From NCBI RefSeq assembly GCF_036321535.1, contig NC_087437.1, positions 101,806,001 to 101,870,000 on the forward strand: a DNA stretch of 64,000 nucleotides. The letters are read 5' to 3'. This stretch comes from Camelus dromedarius (taxonomy: Eukaryota). The notes under the pieces were generated by a model, which was not told the origin of the DNA, did no database searches, and saw nothing but the letters and a program-made list of their open reading frames with translations. Positions 37,661 to 50,200 of the stretch are shown here, piece by piece. Position numbers and translations under genes: made by a program. Numbering within the stretch: position 1 is the first letter of the stretch; each line of letters begins with the position of its first letter.

Positions 37661-40600
37661 AAGTTTTATTTCTAAATATTTGAACCATTTTAGTAATTAT
37701 AAATAAGACATTTATATGTACTTGTGAGAAAACTATGTAGGTTAAATTATCTTATCTGATGATTTTAATTTAAAACTGCTATTTAAAACGTACATAATAA
37801 AGTAAATATCAATGATGTATATTATCATTTATTTTTGCTTGCTTTACAAATACTTTTTTCTGGAGGTCAAATGAAGCAATACTTTCTTCAAAACTGCCAT
37901 CACTAATTCTACTACTACTACTACCACCACCAGTACTAATTTCATGTATTTATTGACCAGTCACCATCAATAATTTAAGAGTACTTTCAAGTCAAAGGAG
38001 TTTGAGATTAAAGGAGTGAATCTTTTATTCCAGTTAACACTATTTTAAAATATAGTCCCACAATACATAATTATAAGTTTAAGTATAGAAAAAAATGCTC
38101 CAACAGAGGAAATTTAACAATCTTCAGCATCAAGTACTTGGAAATATTACAGGAGGAAATCTATGTCTCCTTAGCAAGTTCTTCAAAAGAATTTCAGGAA
38201 GACTTATAGAAAATTAAGGTAGTGACATTGGACCACAGAGTGTCCTTTTGCACTTTTACAAGCTTTTATTATAAAGATTCTATGTTTAAGTACAGTAATA
38301 AAAATGAAAATTACTTCATTTCTTGGCAGAAATGGTAAATGCTAAATAAAGAGACTATAACTTGGAGTAATCAAATAGCATTGCAATTTGGCTACTCCTA
38401 CTTAGACGTGTCTTTCCATTCTGAGCTTCCTCAAGAAATTGCACAAAGCAATTGGTTAGGTGCTCAGCTTAGTTGAATAATTATCATTTCAACTTAGTAT
38501 TTACATACATAATCACAGCATATTTCCATGTAGTCAATCATGAAGAATTCCTCTTATATTGAACATAACACCTTAAGACAACTATTTATTTTGGCAATAA
38601 TAGTGATATATTTTTCTCAAAAGCAAACAATTATTTGTTACTCTCTCTTTGTTTTGTAATTTAGCTATCTTTCAGAGTTTTTATAAATTTAAGGTAGTAA
38701 TCTAACATTCTAGCATGTTCAAAGTTTTGTTTTGTTGCTAATTTTTATAAGTATTTGAAGATCAGCTAGCTATGTCTCTTTCTCTTTTTCTTCACCTCTT
38801 TCTCCTTTTTTCTTTCTCTCTTCCTACCCATACATAAACAATATTCCCTCAGTTCTTATTTTTATTTTTAAATACATTTGTTATTGAGTAACCTGAGATA
38901 AGAAATATATTATTCCAAAATTCCATGAGGTAGGGTGATTTGTTTGTACAGGATGGAAGATCAAGGAATGCAACTTGTACAGGACATCATCATGACTCAG
39001 GAAGACCAATCTACTGGATGACATGATTACAGGTAAGAGGCAAGGGACACATTCCATACAAATTAAGAATCAGAGATGTCCAGAGCTTAGACAGAAAGTC
39101 AAAAATAAAGCTGCAAAGGTGAGTCCATTTTCAATGGTGAAGAGGGTTTTCAGCATTAAGCCTGAGAGAGACACACAAGCCAAAAATCTTCTCACCAAGT
39201 TGACAACAACAACCCAAAAAGCCTACGCTGAATATAGTACCACTGATTTAGCACAACATGGTGTTTTATCATTAAAATACATTTGAAATGAGACACTGCT
39301 TTTTAGTAGAGGTTGTGATTTTAAAAGAAAATGAAAGTGGAATACAAAATCAGAAATAGAAAAATTATTGACTTTTTTGACAGTCTAAAGTAAACAGTAC
39401 TTGAGTTTTAAGGAGTAGTGATAATGAAAATAAAGTATGGGGCAAAGTGCCATCTCTAACATACAGACACAGTAGTCTACTTTTACTGAGAAATTCTTAG
39501 CACGTACTCTGGCACAATTATTTCTTATAATTTTGAGATAAAACAATTGTTATCACTATGTTATTAAAAAAGAAACAGATATGTAGAGTTTGAGTACTTT
39601 TCATTAAGTACATAAATTTCACAAGTTGTAAAGCATCTAACCTGCACATAGACAGTGATTAGTGGTTCTTGTTATCTACTATATTGATAATAAACTCCCA
39701 AATACTGAAATCATAAAACCTACAAAACTATGATCAAAATCTCTTTCTAATTAAATATGTAGGAAATACTTTTGGAAGATTACCAAAGCAATGTAAAATT
39801 AAATAAATCATTCTCTTCATTTGAAAAGAACCAGAACTTTGCATCATTCTTTTCTTTTAAATACATAGATTCTATATTTATATTGATGTAAACAACATAG
39901 ACAGTGAAAATATTCACTAATCGTGAAACTGGGAGAGTTATAATTCATTCTTTTAATCAAATACCTTGAACACATATGGCACTGTAAGGTCATATAAAAC
40001 TTAAATATACGTAGCCTTGAATCTTTCATGTTAAAAAGATATTTTACCATTATCTTTAAGGAAGTTCTCATTTCAAAATAAGGATTTTTATATTGTAAAA
40101 ATCACATAAAATAATTCAAAATAAACTACGAAGAACACTGTACATAACCTGTCAAACCTTCCTCTGTGAGATATTATCAGGGTGATATGCTAAGCAAACA
40201 TGTTTCACCCATGAGCTTTGCTTGTCAGGGATGAACCACAGCATAACAGTTATCACTGAAAAGACAAATGCTTAAAGAGGAAAATTGACATTTCCAGATG
40301 TGGCCCAGAGAGATCTGTCAGTTGCAAAGTTAAATTCACTAATTTTTTTAAAATGCAAAAGGCACAATGCTAACTTTCTTAAAAATAAACTTCTAATGAA
40401 TATATAAGTAAATCTCAATATATGACTAAGGAGCAAATTGACTGGCTTTTTTCAAATTCTGAGATGTTTAAATACATAGTGGATGTTCAATAAATATTTG
40501 TTGAATTAATTAATGACCTAAGAACTATATTTTTCAATCTGGAATACCTGTGCTTCTGAATCTCATATTCAGATCTGCATCTATATTTAGATTTACTTTT

Positions 40601-40749
40601 AAATCTCTACATTTATGGATATGAATTTGTGAGGATATTGTCTCTTTTGCTGAAAAATATTTTCCCATTGCTTTAAATAAATATTTTAAAATATGTTAAT
40701 AATTAGTGCAAATTTCTCTGTAGCTGTGGCAATTATCATCTAATTAGGT

Positions 40750-40928
40750 AGCCATCTCATGGATGTGAGAATCTTGCGGTCTGTAGGGGAGAATCTTTGC
40801 AGGGCTCTTCCTCCTTTCCTGTTTCACTCCTATGTCTCTCACTTCTGCTTTTTGGCATCATTCCGAAATACACTCACAGAGAAGTCTTTGCCTTGAGCTC
40901 TGCTTTGGGCAAAACCCACATTAAGCCA
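40750..40928 (+). mobile_element. ERVL LTR 3' fragment (LTR16-like)
   Basis: 'ttcctgtttcactcctatgtctctcacttctgc...gtctttgccttgagctctgctttgggcaaaacccacattaagcca' resembles the LTR16 3' end. Confidence 0.5.
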
Positions 40929-42452
40929 CTCTATTCTAGGAATATTTATTTAAAATTCATAAGCAATGATTCATATTTATGAGTTATTGAGTATGGCATT
41001 AAATTCCACCACAGAGAAAACTTGTTGCCCTCACTTCAGTGTAGGGTTCTAAAAGGGATGATCTGTGTTAAATTCATGTTTGTAACACACAAAGAGCCTG
41101 GTGCGATGTCTTATACACAGAATGAATACTAAGTCTTACATAACCAGTCAATTTTTGCTGAAATGATATTAGGTGGTTCATTTCATTTATACGATCAGGG
41201 CTTTATTATAATAATGTTTCATACAAAGTTAAATGATAGAGTACTCACAACAAACCAGAAATACCACGAAGGTGAAAAATTTAAATGACATAATTATTAT
41301 GATCTATAATTTCATGTTTACTGCTTTAATTGTGAAAGGCATATATTCAAAATTATCAACTTACTTAAAATATGTTTGTTTCTATGGGAGTAGAAGACAT
41401 TTTCTATTTGCTAATTACAATAAAAGTTGTTACAAAATTTTAAAAAAGATGAAAGTTATTTATTTTAATCAACTGACACCTCTAAATACAGTGGAATAGA
41501 GGTAATGCCATTTATTTAGAATGCATTTTCACATTTTTAAAAATATTTTACCTCAAATGCTTTAAATACTGTGAATAAATACTTAGCCTGCTAATCATCA
41601 CTATTATTATAACAATAACAATGTTGTGTTTCATCTAACCATGAAGTAAAATAATACTCTATATATTAAGAAAACCAAGAAAGCTATAAGTTATTTTTGC
41701 TAATTTACTCACTGATCACTTCTATTACTATCTGAAAGTCTATAATCTTAATTATAAAGCATTACATTCAAATAAGATTTGTTGCTGATTAAAATGATTT
41801 AGGTACAACCAAGAAACATTTTATATGGTTAGTAGGTGAAATTCCCACATCATCAAAATATTAAAGTGTATAATTTCTTCTTTGCTACATCATGCATCTT
41901 TCACAACTTGCAGTTTATAAGTACTCAGCCCTCAGTAAACTGAGGTTAAAAAGATACAATTAATTCAGAGTTGATGTTGCCACATTTCAATCAGTACTAT
42001 TGCAAAAAGAATTCTCAGTCAACTGCAGTATTGCAAGTCCATCTCACGCACTTGGTCCAAGTAGTTTTAAAACCAGCTTCTGGGGCAGTGGGAGGCAGGG
42101 GTATGCACATGAAATATATAAACACAAAAGGGATTTGCTGGAGGTAGTGGTGATGAGAAAATGTGGTAAACAAGACTTAAGTACTCATCATCTTAATTTC
42201 TCACCTCTGATCCTAGGACAGAAATTTATAGTCTAAATATTTTCAGTCATGAAGAATGTGTTTGACTACAGGTATGATGTCATGACTTATTTTTGGTAAA
42301 TATTTCCTTACTTCTGGATTCTTTTTTATTTTTCAATTCTTTACTGACTTAATAAAAACAAAAAGTAAAATCAGTTCTCAAATTATTGCTTGGATTTGCA
42401 ATTGTCCACAGCAACAGTTTTAATTGCTGACTTAAACTTGGCTATCCCGGTA

Positions 42453-42467
42453 AGCGCCCCCTACTAG
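42453..42467 (-). promoter_or_regulatory. Candidate CTCF binding site
   Basis: The minus strand reads CTAGTAGGGGGCGCT, one mismatch from the CCAGTAGGGGGCGCT form of the CTCF core consensus. Two local CpGs are retained. Confidence 0.6.
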
Positions 42468-42647
42468 CTTGTGTTCTTAGAAACAAAGTTAGCTTCCCTC
42501 CTTAAAGATAATCACGTCTTAAATATGGGATATTAGGTGGGAGGGTAGTGCTTAGCTTTTATGATACGTTATCCTATTTTGGAAAAGAACATTTAGAAAT
42601 GTTAAAATTAAAAAGTACTCCTGTACAGTGGTACTAACTAGAAAATC

Positions 42648-43400
42648 TTCATTCATTCATGTATTCAGTATATATTTGCCAACTTTCAAATATGTTCCAG
42701 ATATTTTGCTGCAAGTATAGTGAGCAAATGTACATGACACTTGCCCATACAATGTTTACAGTGGAGTGAGAAAATAAGGAAATAAGCGCACAAGCAACAA
42801 ATAAGAAAATAATTACAGTATGTGGGATGCTAGGATGTAAAATAAGATAGATGTTAGAGCTGTAGAGAATAATATGGAATATAACTTAATGGAGATGTGT
42901 TCTCTAAAGAAGTTATGTTTTTAGTTTTTTAGAAGGAAGCAAAAAATTAGAAATGTGAAGGTAATTTTAGGGAGAATTATGATGGACTCAAACTTTAAGA
43001 AAGATTGAGCAACTTGGCAGATCTGAGAAATGGAAGAAGGCCAGTGCTGGACCGTACTGACTGAAGGGGAAAGAGACTTTAGAGAAAGAAACAATGTTAG
43101 ATTACTTGGGAACAAAATAAGCCATGATACACAGTGCAGATATCACTATATGTATAATAATAAGGAATTTAAAGGTCTGAAGTTAAGAATGGGCAAAATC
43201 TATCTTATTTTTAAAGAAAGCTCTGGCAGAACAGGTAGAGGAAAAAATAAGATCTGGGAGATCATGTGGAAGTTAATTGCAATGGTAAAAAGACAGATAC
43301 TTGCTGGGATTAGGGGAGGACTCAACAGTGATGGAAAGGTAGAAACATTTATAGATGGTTCTGGAGATGTGATTTGATAGAATATGTGAACTGGTCATGT
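42648..43400 (-). mobile_element. LINE-2 3' region
   Basis: Starts with the antisense L2 tail 'ttcattcattcatgtattcagtatatatttgcc', followed by 'atagtgagcaaatgtacatgacacttgcccatacaatgtttacagtggagtgag' and further purine-rich L2-like text. Confidence 0.7.
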
Positions 43401-45012
43401 TCTGCACACCTTTGTCCAAACATAACAGTGCCTTGATACCTCATTTTACTAAAGGTAACTCCATGTGCTATAAGGATAGTGTTAAGGAGGGGCTGAAAAG
43501 ACTATCAGGTAAGTGAGAAAGAAAATAAGAGAGGATATTAAAAGGGGGGAAAAAAAGCAAAGGGAGGAACTCTTTCAAGAATATAGCATAAAACAAGGCA
43601 AAATATTATACTAAGAAACATTTCATAAATCTACTGAAAGGAATGCAAACTTGAGAATGCAGAAAAATTACTATGGATGCATTATTCACTTTGCTTTTCC
43701 TTTAAACATACATAATCATGAAATTTTTGTGAATATGTCATGTGGTACACTCGAATATTAATTAGTGATACATTCCCAAACTAATCCGTAAACATAAAAA
43801 TAGCTGGATAGCACGTAAACCTCCCCATAAAACTGTCATATGATGATGAGTAGAGAACAAAGCCAATGTAAAGAAATGTGGGTGACAAGCAAATACTGCG
43901 TTCAATAAATCTGTGTTTCCAATTTATGGAATACTTTCTCTCATATGCCTAAATTTATTCCTCATGTAGGGCCTAGTAAGAAGAAAGAAGAGTAAGCATA
44001 AGCAGTGACGTAAGAAAGTCTGAAGAGGTAATATGTGCAAAGTGAGAAGTAGACTTTTTGAGAACTGAAAGTCCCAGTCCAGTGTTGCTTGAGAGAAGTT
44101 AAGAAACAGAACGGCAGATTAAATGATTGGCTTGGGATACAGAAAGGAAGCAAAGCAGTAGGACAATGTGTATTTGCAGCAGCACAAGAATACATGGTGA
44201 CATTGGTGGGGATGGGCAGAGGTAATACACGGAAATTCTTCTCAATGTAAAGCAGGTACAGTTAGAAGCCTATTTGATGTGATTCCAGATTCTCAGAACT
44301 CCCACACTTCATTGTATCTCCTTCAACTCTTTTTTTAAATGTTTAAAGTCCATCCATTTATGTTTAAATATGAATATGAATACTTTGGGGATAAGTATGT
44401 TATTTAGGCATTATTGGTCACTACTAACTTAGATATTTCATTTCATATTTTTTCATGACAGTTAACTAAAAGGTTTAGATAAAATAATTAAAAAGCAAAG
44501 AATATTCAAGTTTTTCTTTCTTGGAAAAAGCATTTGATGAGATGTCTAATATAATTTATTTGGTAATGTAAATGTCAGGTTATGTACTAACTGGTTTCTT
44601 CAGAAATTTATTAGAATATTTTTTATTATTTATTTGTCCTAAGACCATACAGTAATTTTCTAACTATTTGAATTTGACAAATCAAAGTAGAAATTCAGTT
44701 TATTTCACTTCATAGAGGAAGACAGTTTCCACATTTTACTTTGTAATTATAATTGTTTGTAATTGTTTTCTGATTATTATATCCATTTACATGGAATCTG
44801 TCATAAAACTGTAATAAACTAATGCCTCTAATTAACAGCTTTAGAAAAACACAGTGATTATATTTTCATAACAATAAAAATATTACTATTGAGTTGCATC
44901 TGTTAACAAATATTCGCTTATGCAATCAGCAGTCATTACTTTTGTATACACTGGAATATTGTACAGTATTTTTGTCCCTTTTCCAGGATGTATCAGTTTT
45001 ATTACCTACTAC

Positions 45013-45625
45013 TTTGGTATGCAGAATTACAAAATAGACCCTAAAATTCTTGTCCTTTGTTGCACATGCACTATACAAGTCTGTCTTCTTGAATAGATAG
45101 ATTTTACAACTGTGATTAGGTTACATTGTATAACAACCATGAAAGAATTTTGCTGATGTAATTAAGGTAACAAATCAGTTGATTCTGAGTTACCAGAAAG
45201 AGAATTTTCTGGGAATGCCTGAATTAATCATGTAAGGACCCAAAAAAGGAAGAGATCTAGAGTGTAAGAGAAATTTAGTTCCACTGCTGGTTAAGAAGAT
45301 GGAGGGGGCCATATGAAAAAGAGCTTGAGATATCCTCTAAGACCCTGACCAACAACTAGAAACAGAGCAGCAGCACCAGTGCTAAAAACATCGAGACTGA
45401 ATTCTTTCAAAACCCACATAAGCCCTAACAAAGACACCAAGCTCTATAAAGAAGGCAGCTCAACCAACACCTTGATTTCAAACCTGATTAGCTCTTGAGC
45501 ACAGAATCAAATTAACATGAATGCCTAGACTCTTAACCCCTGGGTATTTTGAGATGATAAGCTGGTGCCCATTTAAACTAGTAAGTCTGTGGTAATTTGT
45601 TACACAGCAGTACAAAACTAATGCA
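45013..45625 (+). mobile_element. MaLR solo LTR (MLT1E-like)
   Basis: 'gtgattaggttacattgtat...ttttgctgatgtaattaaggtaacaaatcagttgattctgagtta...gaagatggagggggccatatg...gtggtaatttgttacacagcagtacaaaactaatgca'. Confidence 0.85.
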
Positions 45626-46184
45626 ATGACCAAAGTTGTTCATATATGAATTCGGAATGTTAGAACTAGATTAGAAATCCAAATCATTTAAGACCCAAGT
45701 CCACCACACATAGTTGAAACTAAACCCAAATTGGTGCATGGCTAAAAATATTTTGTAGTGGTAGGCATGTTCATTAAAGAAAGGTAAGGACATCAAGGTG
45801 AGTTTGGGGAAAAATGAATTCAATCTTATAAGGCAGAAGTTAAAGTAAATCTATTGGAATTTAGATCATGAGCACTATCTTATTTACTCTGGTAACTGTC
45901 ACATTATACAAACTCCAAATTGTTAAATCCATAGTCACTCTTTGAAAGAATGCTGTACTTTAAAAACAACATATTCCTGTTATATAATTCTAGACTGTAC
46001 ACTGGCTGATGCTCTTAAAAATAAGAACAACTGTAATTATTAACACACAAGTTTTGTTCTAAACTTCTAAATTATTCAAATATAACCCTTGGGAAAACTA
46101 TTACTTTGATTTTCAAATAAGTTTGGGAGGTATAGTAAAAACAACTGATAATAATAATAGTTCTAATCTTTATAATCATGACAT

Positions 46185-46440
46185 GATCATTTATTGAGTC
46201 CTCATCCCTAGCTAGACACAAGCAAGGCTAAGTGTCTCATATGCACATTATCTCATTAAATTGTACCTATATGGGAACTAATGGAGATTACTTCTGTTCA
46301 CACCATTACATTTCAATAAATGAAGAAACTGAGATCTGAAGAAGTTTATTTTCCCAACACAACACAGGCAGTACACAGTAAACTGAAGAAATGAAACTAA
46401 AAAGCCTCTTTCTCTACAGCCCAGGGTCTTATCTGCTAAA
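46185..46440 (-). mobile_element. MIR SINE
   Basis: 'catttattgagtcctc...tgcacattatctcattaaat...aaatgaagaaactgagatctgaagaagtt' matches the antisense MIR core. Confidence 0.7.
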
Positions 46441-47289
46441 TTACTTCAGTCCAGTAGTAAAGATCTACAGTTCATGATATTCAACCTGCTCCAAACCAAG
46501 ATTTAATTTCTCCTTCAAAAACCCCTTGATGCAGTCAATGTGTTAACTGAGCAGAACTGAACTTCAAAAAAAAAATTCTCTAAAATTTTATTCAAAGTTA
46601 TTTACCTCACTGTTAATAAGGTATGGAATGAATGTTCTGTTGCAATAGTACTAGACATACTCATTGACAGCAAGGGACTTTGAGGAAACCCATTTCCTGA
46701 CACCCAAAAGTTAAATTATTCTTTTATAATCACATCGAACTGTCAATACTTGCAAAAGTACTGCATCCACCATTTTCCCATCATTATTTGTCTAAACTTA
46801 CATCATGACTCTTCATCAATAGAGTGTAGAACTCAAAACACTACTAGTAAATTAGTATTAGACCAGAGTATTTTATAAACATTACATTACATACTACCTT
46901 GCAATTTGAAACATTACATTTCATATTTATGTACATTTATTTTAGATGAATGAAACTTCACAGAATTTAACAACAAAGAAAGTTTAAATATCAGTTTTGT
47001 ATGTTAGTTTAAGCTATTTCCATTTCAGTCTATAAGGCTGATGTCATAGTTCAGCACCAAAAAATGTCTGCAAAACTATCTAACCATTGTTTTATCATTG
47101 TTTTATTCATCTCAGGTGACAGTTTTTGTTGTTTTTTAAGTGAAAGTCTGAGAGAAAATGCTTTGAAGTAGAATACTCTTTTTGGCTTGTTATATACTAT
47201 GTAAAAACTTGAGTTGTACCTTTTTATTTTCACTGAACAGATACAAACAAAACTAAACAATACTTACACCATGACTTTATAACATTATA

Positions 47290-50200
47290 AGCTTCACGTT
47301 TCAGTCATGTTGTAGAATATGAGAATTTCCTTCTTTGTTAAGGCTAAATAATATTACATTTCTGAGTGTCTGTCTGTCTATCTATCTACATTACATTTTC
47401 TTTATTCATTCATCTGTCAGTGGGAATTTACATTGTTGCAACATCTTGGCTACTGTGAATAATGCTAGAGAAACATCAGAATGAAAATATAAACTGTCTC
47501 TCATATCCTGATTTCAATTCTTTTGAATATATACCCAGAAGTGGGATTGCTGGATTATATGATAGGTCCATTTTTAAATTTTTCAGGAATTTCTATATTA
47601 TTTTTTATAACTACTTCATATTTTGAAGTTAGGACGTGTTAAGACTTTCAGCTTTATTCTTTTGGAAAATTGTTTTGGCTATTCAGGGTCATTCATAGTT
47701 TCATACACATTTTAGGATTTTTTCTTCCTATTTCTACAAAAAATTCCATTGGGATTTTTGATAGGGATTGCATTGAATCTATAGAAAGCTTTGGATAGTA
47801 TGGGCATTTTACAATATTAAATCACCAATCGATGAACATAGGATGTCTCTATTTATGTGTCTTCATAAGTTTTCTTCAGCAATATTTTCTAATTCTTCAG
47901 GTACAGGATTTTATCCTCCCTGGTTAAGTTTTTCTTAAGTATTTTATTCTTTATGATGCTATTTTAAATGGGACTGTTTGCTCAGTTTCCTTTTTGGGCA
48001 GTCATCATACAGAAACACAACTGATATTTGTATGGTTTTGTGTTCTGAAACTTTGCTGAATTTGTTTATTCATTCCAATAATTCTTGGGGAATCTTTAGC
48101 ATATTCTACATATAAGATACTATCATTTGTAAACAGAGATGGTTTTTATCCCTTTTCTCATCTGAATGTCTTTTCTTCATTTTTCTTGCTTAATTGCTCT
48201 AGGTATTACTTCTAGTACTATGCTGAATAGAAGTGACAACAGTGAACATACTTGCCTTGTTTCTGATTTTAGAGGTAAAGCTTTTTCTCTTCCACCACTG
48301 AGAATGATGCTAACTGTGGGTTCTTCATATATGGCTTTCATTATGTTGAGATAATTTTCTTCTGTTCCTCATTTGTTTTTATCACGAAAAGGTGTTGACT
48401 TTTATCAAATGCTTTCTCTACATCTATTGAGATGATCACGTGACTTTTATCCTTCATTCTATTCATGTGGAGTATCACAATGATTGATTTTCATATTTTG
48501 AACCATCTACGCCTCACAGGAATAAATCCCACTTGGTCACTATGTATGATCCTTTTAATGCACTATAAAATTCAGTTTGCTAGTATTTTGTTGAGAGTAT
48601 TGACAATTTTTTGCATCTATATTAATTAGAAATATTGGTCTGTAGTTTTCTTTTTTCTTATAATGTCTTTGTTTGGCTTTGGCATCATGGTAATTCTGAC
48701 ATTATAAAATGAGTTTGGAAATGTTCCCTCATCTGCAATTTTTTGGAAGAGTTTAAGAAGGATTGATGTTAACTGATATTAACTCTTTAGTAGAGGTCAC
48801 CAATGAAGCCATCTGATCTGAGACTTTTCTTTGTTAGAAGGTTTTTGATACCTGATACACATCCCTATTAGTTACAGGTCTATTTTGATTTTTTATTTCT
48901 TCATGATTTAGCATTGATGGAATGTATATTTCTAGAAATCTGCCAATTTCATCTAGGTTATTCAATTTATTGGTATATAACTATTCATATCAGTCTCATA
49001 ATTCTCTTTTTCCCTCTATGGCATTACTTTTAATGTCTCCTTTTTTTTCCTTATTCTTGTGAAACGCTTCCTGATTTTGTTAATCTTTTCAAAAACTAAT
49101 TCATAGCTTAATTGATTTTTAATTGTTCTATTATTCTCTATTTTATTTCTACTCTAATCTCTACAATTTTCTTTCTTCTGCTAGTTTTGGTCTTAGTTTG
49201 CTCTTTTTCTAGTTCCTTGGACTGTAAAGTTATTTATTTGAGATCTTTCTTCCATTTTTAACGTTGGTATTTACCTCTATAAACTTCCCTTTTACTACTG
49301 TTTTTTCTGCATCCCATAAGTTGTGGTATGTTGTATTTTAATTTTCGTTAGTCTCAAAGCAATTTCTAATTTTTCTTTGGTTTCTTCTTTGACCCATTTG
49401 CTGTTCAAGAGCATGGTGCTTAATTTCCACATACTTGTGAATTTTTCAGTTTCCCTTATGCTATTGATTTTAAAATTCATTCTACTGTGATTGCAAAATA
49501 TACCGGATATGATTTCAATCTTCTTGAATTTGTTATGACATGTTTTGTGACTTAACAAATAATCCATCCTGGAGAATGTTCCATGTGTAATTGAAAGGAA
49601 TGTGTATTCTGCTACTGTTGGGCAGAATGTTCTATATATATATATCTTTTAAACAAGTGGCATTTTATCAGGAGAAGAAGTCTGCCAACCATATTACAAT
49701 CACCTATTAGCAGGAGTAGAAGTCTGTCCACCGTATTACAATCAGTAAGGAAAACACAATACAGTTAACCACTGGATGGAACAATGCTTTACTCATATAA
49801 AAAAGAAAGAGCAAGATCAGCTTCAGTAGTGGGTATCAGTTCTGCATGTCCAGCAGTTCCCTCCTGGCAGCCAACACAGGGCGACTGGCCCACATGTACC
49901 TTCTTGTGCTGCAGCAGCAGGACTCCTCTCCAACTACTTGTGGATTCTGAGATACTGAAAGGTGTGGCATGCCTAAGGGCCACTGGTATACATGCTTAAG
50001 CAGACAAAGGAGTACACACTGAGCCAGGAAAAGGGAAAAACCTCCACACAAGGTGGTAAGTCTGACACAGGCTATGTGGGCTCTTTATCTCTTACAAAGG
50101 AAGTGTTCCAGGTCCAAGGTCCATTCTTTTGTGACTGAATAAAGTTGAAATATTGAACACATGAGATTGCCTTTCCTCATAATGTTTATTTGGTTCATTT

